A stretch of 38,998 nucleotides of DNA from a virus. Below are positions 7,353 to 14,573 of the stretch, piece by piece (within the stretch, counting starts at the first letter, position 1; the number at the start of each line of letters is the position of its first letter). The stretch is from positions 1 to 38,998 of IMG/VR virus record IMGVR_UViG_3300017694_000011. One strand, 5' to 3'. The notes under the pieces are model-generated. The model did no database searches and was not told where the DNA came from. It worked only from the letters and a program-made list of their open reading frames with translations. The position numbers and the translations under genes are program-made.

Positions 7353-7882
7353 AATAGCCTTCCTGTTTCTCTAGCCCATTTTAAAGGGTCTTTTGCTGAT
7401 TTTTTAGAATTGCACGATTTGCAAAGGCATTGCAGATTACGTGGCCAATTTGACCCGCCTTTAGATAGCGGCTGAATGTGATCTACATGATAGCTACCGC
7501 CCAGTTTTACTTTGCAAAAAGCGCATCTGCCTTTTTGCATTTTGTATATATTTTCAATATCTAACCTATTGTGAGTTCCTTCTGCCGAAAGCTGCCTGCT
7601 CCTTCTTTTGGAAAATCGTTCTTTCCATAATTCTGGAGTTTCTCTAGCTTTCTGCTTTTCATACAATGCTTGCTTGTTCGCTTGATAATAAGCCGCTCTA
7701 GCCAACTGGCGAGCACTTAAATTATCAACGTGATACTTGCGCCAACGCAACTTAACGCATTCGCAGCACTCGCAGCCTCTTACGCGCTTCTCTGCTACGT
7801 GTCCCAGCTTGCACGGTTCTCCGGTAAAGTACCGTTTCAAACCTAACGCGATTGCGTCTTTGCGAGAAATAATCTCAAGCAT
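7349..7882 (-). CDS. HNH endonuclease (free-standing, AT-rich)
   Basis: YHVDHIQPLSKGGSNWPRNLQCLCKSCNSKK is an HNH core with flanking Cys pairs. The gene is conspicuously AT-rich compared with its flanks. Confidence 0.9.
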   Translation of the reverse strand: MLEIISRKDAIALGLKRYFTGEPCKLGHVAEKRVRGCECCECVKLRWRKYHVDNLSARQLARAAYYQANKQALYEKQKARETPELWKERFSKRRSRQLSAEGTHNRLDIENIYKMQKGRCAFCKVKLGGSYHVDHIQPLSKGGSNWPRNLQCLCKSCNSKKSAKDPLKWARETGRLL

Positions 7883-8036
7883 AAATCCTCCGTCACGGAT
7901 CGTCTGTGATGCGGGGCAGAGGATGACGAATCCTCGTTTCGGCTGGCCGGCCTAGCCCCTAAGCTTTTACACTATCACAAACCGCAACGCGGTCAATCCT
8001 CGCCCCGGCTTGTGGCCGGGGTCCGGTCAGGGGTGG

Positions 8037-8600
8037 TCAGAACGGCACGTCGTCGTCCAGGTCGTCGGCTGCGACGATCGGCGGAGCCTTGCGCTTGACG
8101 GCAACCTGCCCTGTCGAAATTTCGGCAGTCTTAGGTGAAACCGACTGCACCCAATTGCCCGACATGGGACCATTGTCGCCTTCCATCTCCCAGACGCCCA
8201 AGCGGATAACCATCTGCTTGTTGATGAGCGCAAGAGCGATTTCATCGCTAGTCGGTCGCCCGTCTTTCTTGCCTAGCTTGCCGCCAGCGTTGCGGTCGAT
8301 CGCGGCCAGCATCCGAAGCGCCTTGTCCTTTTTCTTCGCTGCATCCTTAGCGCGCGGATCATCATCGGACACGAACAGCTTGTGGAAAATCTTCCGGTTC
8401 TGATACGCCTCAGGCTTGAGGATCGTCCAGCGGATCAGCAGGTGTTCGACGCCATCGCGGCTTTCTTTCCATCCCGCCTCATCCGGCATCGCCAGAACCG
8501 ACGTTCCTTCCGGAATAGGTTCATTGCTGCCGCCGCCAGCATCGAACTCGCCGGTGGTTTCCTTTGCGGTTTCACCGCTGCTCAATCCCCAAAAACTCAC
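8037..8600 (-). CDS. Phage single-stranded-DNA-binding-like protein (DUF669-like) with an acidic SSB tail
   Basis: The C-terminus ...ADDLDDDVPF resembles the bacterial SSB DDDIPF tip. It sits directly downstream of a Sak4-like ATPase, the usual partner arrangement. Confidence 0.6.
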   Translation of the reverse strand: MSFWGLSSGETAKETTGEFDAGGGSNEPIPEGTSVLAMPDEAGWKESRDGVEHLLIRWTILKPEAYQNRKIFHKLFVSDDDPRAKDAAKKKDKALRMLAAIDRNAGGKLGKKDGRPTSDEIALALINKQMVIRLGVWEMEGDNGPMSGNWVQSVSPKTAEISTGQVAVKRKAPPIVAADDLDDDVPF

Positions 8601-9460
8601 TTGTCATCTCCTTCTACAAAATCATGGGTATCCGGTGTCTCTTCGGCCTCTGCCGGTTCAGCCTTTTGCTTTTTTAGCTTAACCGGCGGCGCGCCCACCC
8701 ACTCCGCAAGTGGGTTTTCCCCTTTAACCACGTCCAAGTCGTCGGTGATGCCGTAGCGGTTCTTGGATGCCATTGCGGGCGTAAGGTAGGTGACCAATAC
8801 GCGGTCGCCGCTGCTGATCGCGCGCCCCGGCTTGGCACGTGCCTCACCTTTAGCCTCTACAGCTCCCCGCACTACGCGCTCTTGCTTCAAGAACCCTACG
8901 AGGTCGACACTGTCTAAGTACGGAGCCATAGACTTCTTGGGCAGGCGCAGCGAGTAGGACGAATACGGATCGCTATCCGGAGGCGAAACATCCACAATTT
9001 CGGCGTGCGCCAGGAAAATGATGTTCATCCCCTTCTGCTTGCGCAGCATCTCTGCCGCCTTGCGGACCCGCATGTGCATCGCCGACACCATGCTTGCACC
9101 GTTCCCATAGCCGCCGTGGCTTTGGTTCAAACCGCGCGCGTTCGGGTCTGCGGCCAACACGTCCTGCGTGAACAGGATTTCGAGGCCGGTGGCCGTGTCA
9201 AACGCCAGCGTCTTGTACGGATGCTCTTCGCGCAGCAGCGCTTTCAGCGCATCCCACAATTCCGCCGCCGTCTCGATTTCTAGCGTCGTAGGCGTCTGTT
9301 CGGCGGGAATGTCATGGGGCGGTTTCTCGCCCTGCGTGCGGATCATGAACACATCAGGGAAGGTACATGCGAGACTGGTCTTACCGGTCCCTTGTACGCC
9401 TACGATAGTGCCGACAAATGGTTCAGCCTCCGGTTTGGAGGCGCGCGATAAGATTGACAT
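8597..9460 (-). CDS. Sak4-like RecA-fold ATPase (AAA_24 family) recombination protein
   Basis: Start at MSILSRASKPEAEPFVGTIVGVQGTGKTSLA (Walker A) with AAGGAAGAAAGGAAG upstream. The longer track start (9622) would span the divergent promoter region. FLAHAEIV is a Walker B-like segment. Confidence 0.8.
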   Translation of the reverse strand: MSILSRASKPEAEPFVGTIVGVQGTGKTSLACTFPDVFMIRTQGEKPPHDIPAEQTPTTLEIETAAELWDALKALLREEHPYKTLAFDTATGLEILFTQDVLAADPNARGLNQSHGGYGNGASMVSAMHMRVRKAAEMLRKQKGMNIIFLAHAEIVDVSPPDSDPYSSYSLRLPKKSMAPYLDSVDLVGFLKQERVVRGAVEAKGEARAKPGRAISSGDRVLVTYLTPAMASKNRYGITDDLDVVKGENPLAEWVGAPPVKLKKQKAEPAEAEETPDTHDFVEGDDK

Positions 9461-9541
9461 TGGCTTCCTTTCTTCCTTGCGCTTGCAACCTAAGCGTAGA
9501 TGACGTATGCCGTCAACGACAAAATTGCATACGGAGGCGAA
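9461..9541. promoter_or_regulatory. Divergent control region between the recombination block and the primase block
   Basis: Inverted repeat GTATGC (9505-9510) / GCATAC (9527-9532) and CGCTT-n7-AAGCG (9480-9496). On the minus strand TTGACG (rc of 9511-9516) is followed by a 17-nt spacer and TTAGGT (rc of 9488-9493). GGAGG lies before the ATG at 9542. Confidence 0.4.
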
Positions 9542-9718
9542 ATGCTTACTTTGGCTAAAATTCAGGAACAGATGGCAGACCGCCGCGTGAGGGCGGTCGC
9601 AGATGCAACGGGGCTGCACCATCAGGTGATTTATGACGCGCTAAAACCAGACGCCAATCCGACCTACAAAACGGTGAAGGCGCTATCAGATTATCTCACG
9701 CAGCAGGTGTCCGCATGA
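9542..9718 (+). CDS. Small Cro/YdaS-like HTH DNA-binding protein, 58 aa
   Basis: MLTLAKIQEQMADRRVRAVADATGLHHQVIYDALK has an HTH core. GGAGG lies upstream and an ATGA overlap leads into the primase gene. Confidence 0.6.
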   Translation: MLTLAKIQEQMADRRVRAVADATGLHHQVIYDALKPDANPTYKTVKALSDYLTQQVSA

Positions 9719-12021
9719 GCAACGTCGTCCAGTTGCGGCCATCAACCGGCTACATGATGTACCGCGACTTCATGCTGTCGGGCTATCCGATCTTTCCGAT
9801 TTACCGTTTCAAGACCAATGGGCAATGCGAGTGCGGCGACCCGGATTGCCCAGCGCCTTCCAAGCATCCCCGCGCATCCAACTGGCAGCATACGCCGCTG
9901 TGGGATGACGATCAGGTCGAGGCCATGGAAGAACACGGCCACCTCGACACAGGCTATGGCGTCCTGTGCCGGGGGCTGCTGGTCATCGACGTTGACGCGC
10001 GCAACGGCGGCATCGAATCCTATGCCAAGCTGCTTGCGGTTATCCCGGCTGTCGATGATGCCGGCTTGACGGTCGCCACAGGGTCGGGCGGCGGATCGGC
10101 ACATCGGTATTTCACCGCGCCCGAAGGCGTGTCGATGGTCACGCATCTGCCGGAATATCCCGGCATCGACTTCAAGTCGTCGGGCTATGTCGTTGGGCCG
10201 GGATCGGGTCACAAGTCTGGCGGCGTGTACGAGGCGGACGGCTACCCGCAGGACATTGGCCCAGCGCCGCAGGCGTTGATCGATCTGCTAAAGCGACCGG
10301 AACGCCACCGTTCCGAGTTCAACGGCCACGCGGTCGATTTGGCGCACGAAGACATAGCCGACATGCTGGCGCATATTCGTAACGACGACCTGCCCTATGA
10401 GGACTGGATCAGCGTCGGAATGGCGATCCATCACGCCACACAAGGGTCCGGGTTCGGCTTGTGGGAAGATTGGTCGGCAACCTCGCACAAGCACGACGGC
10501 TCCAAGATGGAATATAAATGGGGCAGTTTTGGGCGTTCGGCCAATCCGGTTACGATCGGCACGCTGATTCACCACGCTGAACAAGGCGGCTGGGTCATGC
10601 CGGTTTCGTTCGTGCCGGATCAGCAGTTTAACGATGAGCCGGTGGCGTCCGATGGTTTGCCGTTCGACATTTCTGGTGTCGACCTAACCGCGCCGCCGGG
10701 GTTCGTCGGCGAGGTGGCGCAATGGATCGAAAACCAGTCGTTCCGCCCGCGTAAACATCTGGCCGTGGCTGGCGCACTGACCACGATCGGCAATATTGCT
10801 GGCCTTCGCTACATCGATGACCTGTCGGGCGTGACTGCCAATCTGTTCTGCTTCTGCGTAGCGGGTGCCAGAACCGGCAAGGAAAGCATCCAGCAGGGCA
10901 TGGCCCAATTGCACCGTGCTGCAGGTCTAGCCGCTGCCATGCATGGTTCGATCAAGTCGGAACAGGAAATCATACGCAACCTGACCCGCCATCAGGCGTC
11001 GTTCTATATCGTGGACGAATTGGGCATCCTGTTGGGCAAGATTCGCAATGCGCAACAAAAGGGTGGCGCGCTGTATCTCGACGGCGTGCTTGGCGTTCTC
11101 ATGTCCGCATACTCCAAGGCTAACGGGTATATGCTGCTGACCGGAGACGCGAAGGAAGCGGTGCGGGCGGACCTGCTCAAGGAACTGTCGCAGTGGGTCA
11201 AAAAGCAGGAAAACGACCCTAAGCCGATGGGTGAGAAGCGAATTGCATCGATCGAAGTTGCGCTAAACACGCTGGATCGCGGCCTCGAAAAGCCGTTCCT
11301 GTCGTTGATCGGGTTCACCACGCCTGTAACCTTTGACGGGCTGGTCGATTACGAGAACGCCACCAATGGATTTATCGGGCGCTCGCTCATTTTCAACGAA
11401 CGCGAAACCGTGCCGCTGGCAAAGCGTGGGTTCAAGCCGGAGCCTTTGCCAGACAGTATGGCGATGTATATGGCCGCGCTGTTCAACGATGGCGAGTATG
11501 ACGCACAGGCCACCGTGCGTGTGGAAAGCCGCGAGGATCGTATTGTCGTCCCAACCACGCAGAAGGCCGCAGAGATGCTCGACAGGGTGTCATTGTGGAT
11601 GGAGGGCATGGCAGAGGCCCAGAAGGCCACAACGTCGCTGGAAGCCCTGTATCTGGGCGCATACGAGCTTGTTTCCAAAGTGTCGCTCATCCTTGCTATT
11701 CCCGACCGGTTGCGAGGCGAGGAACATATCCGTTGGGCCTTCGCGCTTATCCGCCGGGACATCGAGGAAAAAGCGCGCATGGTCATCGGTAACGACAGTG
11801 CGAAGACCGCGCCCAAGTCGGCATTGCACGCCAAGATTCTTAATCTCACTGCCGATGGCGGGGAAAAAGAGGGCGTGATCGTCAACCGCCTGTCGCGCTC
11901 GTTCAAGAAAGAGGATGTGCTGGCGGGGCTGGAGGCGCTTGTTCGCGCTGGCAAGATCGTATCCGAAGAACGGGTACACAAGGGCAACAAGTCGGTTTCC
12001 AAGGCATACAAGCATGTTTGA
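9715..12021 (+). CDS. Bifunctional primase-polymerase (Prim-Pol N-domain, PriCT-2-like, DUF3987-like C-domain)
   Basis: YPIFPIY...CECGDPDCPAPSKHP...W N-terminus with LVIDVD and a GSGGGSAHRYF segment, a DWISVGMAIHHAT...WEDWS PriCT-like segment, and a large C-terminal domain; 768 aa. Confidence 0.8.
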   Translation: MSNVVQLRPSTGYMMYRDFMLSGYPIFPIYRFKTNGQCECGDPDCPAPSKHPRASNWQHTPLWDDDQVEAMEEHGHLDTGYGVLCRGLLVIDVDARNGGIESYAKLLAVIPAVDDAGLTVATGSGGGSAHRYFTAPEGVSMVTHLPEYPGIDFKSSGYVVGPGSGHKSGGVYEADGYPQDIGPAPQALIDLLKRPERHRSEFNGHAVDLAHEDIADMLAHIRNDDLPYEDWISVGMAIHHATQGSGFGLWEDWSATSHKHDGSKMEYKWGSFGRSANPVTIGTLIHHAEQGGWVMPVSFVPDQQFNDEPVASDGLPFDISGVDLTAPPGFVGEVAQWIENQSFRPRKHLAVAGALTTIGNIAGLRYIDDLSGVTANLFCFCVAGARTGKESIQQGMAQLHRAAGLAAAMHGSIKSEQEIIRNLTRHQASFYIVDELGILLGKIRNAQQKGGALYLDGVLGVLMSAYSKANGYMLLTGDAKEAVRADLLKELSQWVKKQENDPKPMGEKRIASIEVALNTLDRGLEKPFLSLIGFTTPVTFDGLVDYENATNGFIGRSLIFNERETVPLAKRGFKPEPLPDSMAMYMAALFNDGEYDAQATVRVESREDRIVVPTTQKAAEMLDRVSLWMEGMAEAQKATTSLEALYLGAYELVSKVSLILAIPDRLRGEEHIRWAFALIRRDIEEKARMVIGNDSAKTAPKSALHAKILNLTADGGEKEGVIVNRLSRSFKKEDVLAGLEALVRAGKIVSEERVHKGNKSVSKAYKHV

Positions 12022-12376
12022 GGGCGCGCTGCGTACGCAGACTATACGCTGCGTAACCTCAAAAAACGGCGGTTTTCCGCCAGAAAACGCAGAATACGCG
12101 AATACGCATACGAGACACTCATATACTCATCTGACAGAGTATCAGAGTACCTTAGTATCTAAGAGCCTGTTTCGCCCTTTTGGGAGGGAGGTATGTATAT
12201 GAGTATTATCAATATTCAGGTATTCACAAGGAATTCCAATGGGTTGAGCGTACACATCGCTGCGTAAGCAGCGATATTCAGCGAACCTCATTTTCCGCAA
12301 GGCAGTACGGCATCGCCAGCGGCAAGAAGTTTGCCGCACGTGCCGCTGTCGGCGGCGTTCGCATTTGGAGGGTTGT
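12022..12376. repeat. AT-rich repeat cluster; candidate replication origin or regulatory hub
   Basis: CGCTGCGTA occurs three times (12027, 12047, 12258). There is a palindrome CTGCGTACGCAG (12029-12040) and an 8-bp hairpin ATCGCTGC-GTAA-GCAGCGAT (12256-12275). Also present: tandem GAATACGC x2 (12092-12107), ACTCAT x2, inverted ATACTC/GAGTAT (12123-12142) and GGCGG-tttt-CCGCC (12068-12081). Confidence 0.45.
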
Positions 12377-12577
12377 GTGAAAATCGACCTGGACCGCAGC
12401 CAGAAGTGCCTTGCCCCCTGCCGCTACTGCGGGTCCGTGTGGGGCGTGGCGAAGGATGGCAAGGGGCCGCATGCCAAGCGCATCGACTGCCATGGCTGCG
12501 GCAAATTCCTTAACTGGATGCCGCTTCGGCTGGCTATCATGTTTGGCATGTACGAGCGCGACATTGATAGCGCTTGA
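12377..12577 (+). CDS. Zinc-ribbon protein, 66 aa
   Basis: GTG start after GGAGGG. Two Cys pairs (CRYCGS ... CHGCGK). Confidence 0.55.
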   Translation: MKIDLDRSQKCLAPCRYCGSVWGVAKDGKGPHAKRIDCHGCGKFLNWMPLRLAIMFGMYERDIDSA

Positions 12578-12624
12578 CGACAAGCGGCGTGGCGCAAAAA
12601 GTTACGTCACTATGCGATTATGGG

Positions 12625-12653
12625 TTGACGGTGCCGTTACCAGAGCATAGATA
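12625..12653 (+). promoter_or_regulatory. Candidate sigma70-type promoter (TTGACG-17 nt-TAGATA)
   Basis: ttgacg at 12625-12630, an exactly 17-nt spacer, and tagata at 12648-12653, in a 102-bp intergenic gap upstream of the gene at 12680. Confidence 0.4.
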
Positions 12654-12679
12654 GGTGTCAACGCAGACGGAGACAGACG

Positions 12680-12832
12680 ATGACCTACGCAGTGATCCAG
12701 ACCGGAGACACCTTCGAGATTCTCAACACCGGCAGCATGTGTGCTTACGGATCGTTCGAAAGCCGCCAGGAAGCGCAAGAAGCAATCGCGGCATCCGCCA
12801 ACGCAGATCAGCTTTCCCGGTGCGGCCAGTGA
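12680..12832 (+). CDS. Hypothetical protein, 50 aa (MTYAVIQTGDTFEILNTGSMCAYGSFESRQEAQEAIAASANADQLSRCGQ)
   Basis: Own translation. GGAG lies 7 nt upstream and the composition looks more protein-like than the overlapping track ORF N-terminus. A GTGA overlap leads into the next gene. Confidence 0.5.
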   Translation: MTYAVIQTGDTFEILNTGSMCAYGSFESRQEAQEAIAASANADQLSRCGQ

Positions 12833-13050
12833 GCCGAACCAGCCAAGCGCAGAGCATGCGTGATGCGCTCCAATTGACGGAGCGCAACCTTGGATCGCTC
12901 ATAGCTGCAAGGCATCCCGATGCAGTGCTAATGAGCGATTGGCGCGATGTGGTGCGCAGGGCTTTGGGGCATTGGGTGGAACCAAAGGAGTGTATTTGTG
13001 CCCGCTGCGGTATTCGCCACGGCATATCGCATTCCACAGGAGATTTCTAA
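12829..13050 (+). CDS. Hypothetical protein, about 73 aa
   Basis: C-terminal part of track ORF 12655..13050, starting at GTG 12829 (or ATG about 12856). TAATG junction with the next gene. Confidence 0.5.
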   Translation: MSRTSQAQSMRDALQLTERNLGSLIAARHPDAVLMSDWRDVVRRALGHWVEPKECICARCGIRHGISHSTGDF

Positions 13051-13205
13051 TGCCCTACACCAACGCAGAAAAGCAGAAGCGCGCCCGTGATAGGGCAAAG
13101 GCTAAGCTGGAACGGTATGAGGCTGCGCTTAGGGAGATTGCGGCCACGCAAGGTGGCGGCGCTGCCTTCATCGCTAACCGCGCACTTCACATCGAAGTAT
13201 TGTAA
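13050..13205 (+). CDS. Hypothetical basic coiled-coil protein, 51 aa (MPYTNAEKQKRARDRAKAKLERYEAALREIA...)
   Basis: In-frame ATG of track ORF 12939..13205, overlapping the previous stop (TAATG). Confidence 0.5.
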   Translation: MPYTNAEKQKRARDRAKAKLERYEAALREIAATQGGGAAFIANRALHIEVL

Positions 13206-13220
13206 CGCCCATCCCGGAGC

Positions 13221-13865
13221 ATGGTGATGATCGCTCAGACGGGATGGGCTGGCCCTTTAGAAGGAGACAGGGTTGTGGGTATGGATAGCACGAATGACAC
13301 TCAGCGCAAGGCCGTCGACTGGTCGAAGCCGATCGAGGCTGTGCATGTGGATGGGCGGGTGCGAGCTGTGGAACTGGCGTACAACCAGCCTGACATGGAT
13401 GGAGATTATAAGCTGACCGAGCCGCTTGAACCCAAGATGGATCAAGCTCATTATTTCGATGCTGACGGCAGCCAAGTTTACGAGCTTGACAGAGCTCTTG
13501 GCGGAGGCCGCCCATGGAAAATCCGCAACGTCCAAACCCCAGAAGCAGCAACCCCCGCGATCGACCCGGCGCTGGTTGAGCGGATGCGAAACCTGGTACA
13601 AAATATGGCGCAGGCTGATAAGCGTGAAGTAGCCATAATGGGCACGGGTCAACGCGAAGCCTATGAAGAAGCCCGCGACATCCTCAAGGCGCTGGAGCCG
13701 GTGGATGGGGATTTGTTGGAGGCGCGGCGCCTCATCATCGAACTGTCAGGTTCTGTGAACCCTGCGTGGATACAGAACGTCAAGGACGGCAAGCACGATC
13801 AGGATGATGAAGGCGTACCGATCGCCCTTGCCGCCATCCGTCGCGGTCGCGCGCTGGAAAGGTGA
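13221..13865 (+). CDS. Hypothetical protein, about 195-214 aa
   Basis: Track ORF. Start is ambiguous (13221, 13227 or 13281). Confidence 0.6.
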   Translation: MVMIAQTGWAGPLEGDRVVGMDSTNDTQRKAVDWSKPIEAVHVDGRVRAVELAYNQPDMDGDYKLTEPLEPKMDQAHYFDADGSQVYELDRALGGGRPWKIRNVQTPEAATPAIDPALVERMRNLVQNMAQADKREVAIMGTGQREAYEEARDILKALEPVDGDLLEARRLIIELSGSVNPAWIQNVKDGKHDQDDEGVPIALAAIRRGRALER

Positions 13866-13870
13866 GAGTG

Positions 13871-14035
13871 ATGGAAAAGCAGTCTTTGCAGGAGGCATTG
13901 GCGGAAAACGCGCGCCTTAAGGAACAGGTCGATCTGCTGACTACGGCGCTTGTCGAAGCTTTGGCAATCTGCGCCAAGTGGTCGGGCCTGTCTCAGGATC
14001 AGATGCGGGAGCAGTTCGAGCAGGAGTGTGGATGA
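13871..14035 (+). CDS. Hypothetical coiled-coil protein, 54 aa (MEKQSLQEALAENARLKEQVDLL...)
   Basis: Own translation; ATGA overlap with the next gene. Confidence 0.45.
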   Translation: MEKQSLQEALAENARLKEQVDLLTTALVEALAICAKWSGLSQDQMREQFEQECG

Positions 14036-14169
14036 TGCTCTGCAAGGTTTGCCGAGGATCGGGAAATGTCGGGCCATATCGCTTTATGTGGCAATGCCCA
14101 GGTTGTGGTGGCGCAGGCGTTACCGTTCTGCATGGCCCTCCCACGATCGTAATAAAGGCTGTGAAATGA
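14032..14169 (+). CDS. DnaJ-type zinc-finger mini-protein, 45 aa
   Basis: MMLCKVCRGSGNVGPYRFMWQCPGCGGAGVTV contains two CxxCxGxG motifs like the DnaJ cysteine-rich domain. Confidence 0.5.
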   Translation: MMLCKVCRGSGNVGPYRFMWQCPGCGGAGVTVLHGPPTIVIKAVK

Positions 14170-14261
14170 CCCGCTACTGGCACCACCTAACCGCCGGCTT
14201 CTTCAACGGCCTAGGAAGGGGCTTGTCATGGCGGCTGCTTCGGGGCATATTTGGGCGGTGA
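14166..14261 (+). CDS. Possible 31-aa peptide (MTRYWHHLTAGFFNGLGRGLSWRLLRGIFGR)
   Basis: ATGA overlap with the upstream gene. Very short, with no other support. Confidence 0.25.
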   Translation: MTRYWHHLTAGFFNGLGRGLSWRLLRGIFGR

Positions 14262-14288
14262 TGGTTCTGTTCTCAACATTGAGGCTTC

Positions 14289-14573
14289 ATGGCGTTCGTT
14301 AAGGGTCAATCCGGCAATCCTGGGGGGCGTCCAAAGGCAGTAATGCCCGATGGGCGCACTCTTAGCGAAGCTGCGCGCGAGCATAGCCCGAAGGCGCTTA
14401 AGGTTCTGGTCGATGCGCTTGGCAACCCAGACACCGCATTTGCAGCGGCGAAAGAGTTGCTGGATCGTGGGTTTGGCAAGCCTGCGCAATCGTTAGAAGT
14501 AGCCGGACCTGATGGCGGCGCGATCCTTGTGTCGGAAGTCAAACGGATCGTAGTAGACCCCAACAACCCGTAA
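14289..14573 (+). CDS. Terminase small subunit candidate (DUF5681-like)
   Basis: N-terminal KGQSGNPGGRPK motif; 94 aa, immediately upstream of and overlapping TerL (TAATG). Confidence 0.65.
   Translation: MAFVKGQSGNPGGRPKAVMPDGRTLSEAAREHSPKALKVLVDALGNPDTAFAAAKELLDRGFGKPAQSLEVAGPDGGAILVSEVKRIVVDPNNP

Noticed and set aside
8003-8021. CCCCGGC-ttgtg-GCCGGGG hairpin read as an intrinsic terminator after the SSB-like gene.
   Set aside because: No U-tract follows in either orientation. It may be a processing or stability element or an insertion scar, so it is noted only under the HNH cassette finding.
8597-9622. The full 341-aa track ORF as the Sak4-like gene.
   Set aside because: The first 54 codons (MVQPRCICDRPHAAV...) cross the divergent promoter region and the opposite-strand HTH gene start. 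The ATG at 9460 has a strong purine-rich SD and starts directly before the Walker A region.
12068-12081. GGCGG-tttt-CCGCC hairpin read as a rho-independent terminator for the primase gene.
   Set aside because: The stem is only 5 bp and no T-tract follows on the plus strand. The T-run is on the minus strand, where there is no upstream gene. I kept it as part of the repeat cluster instead.
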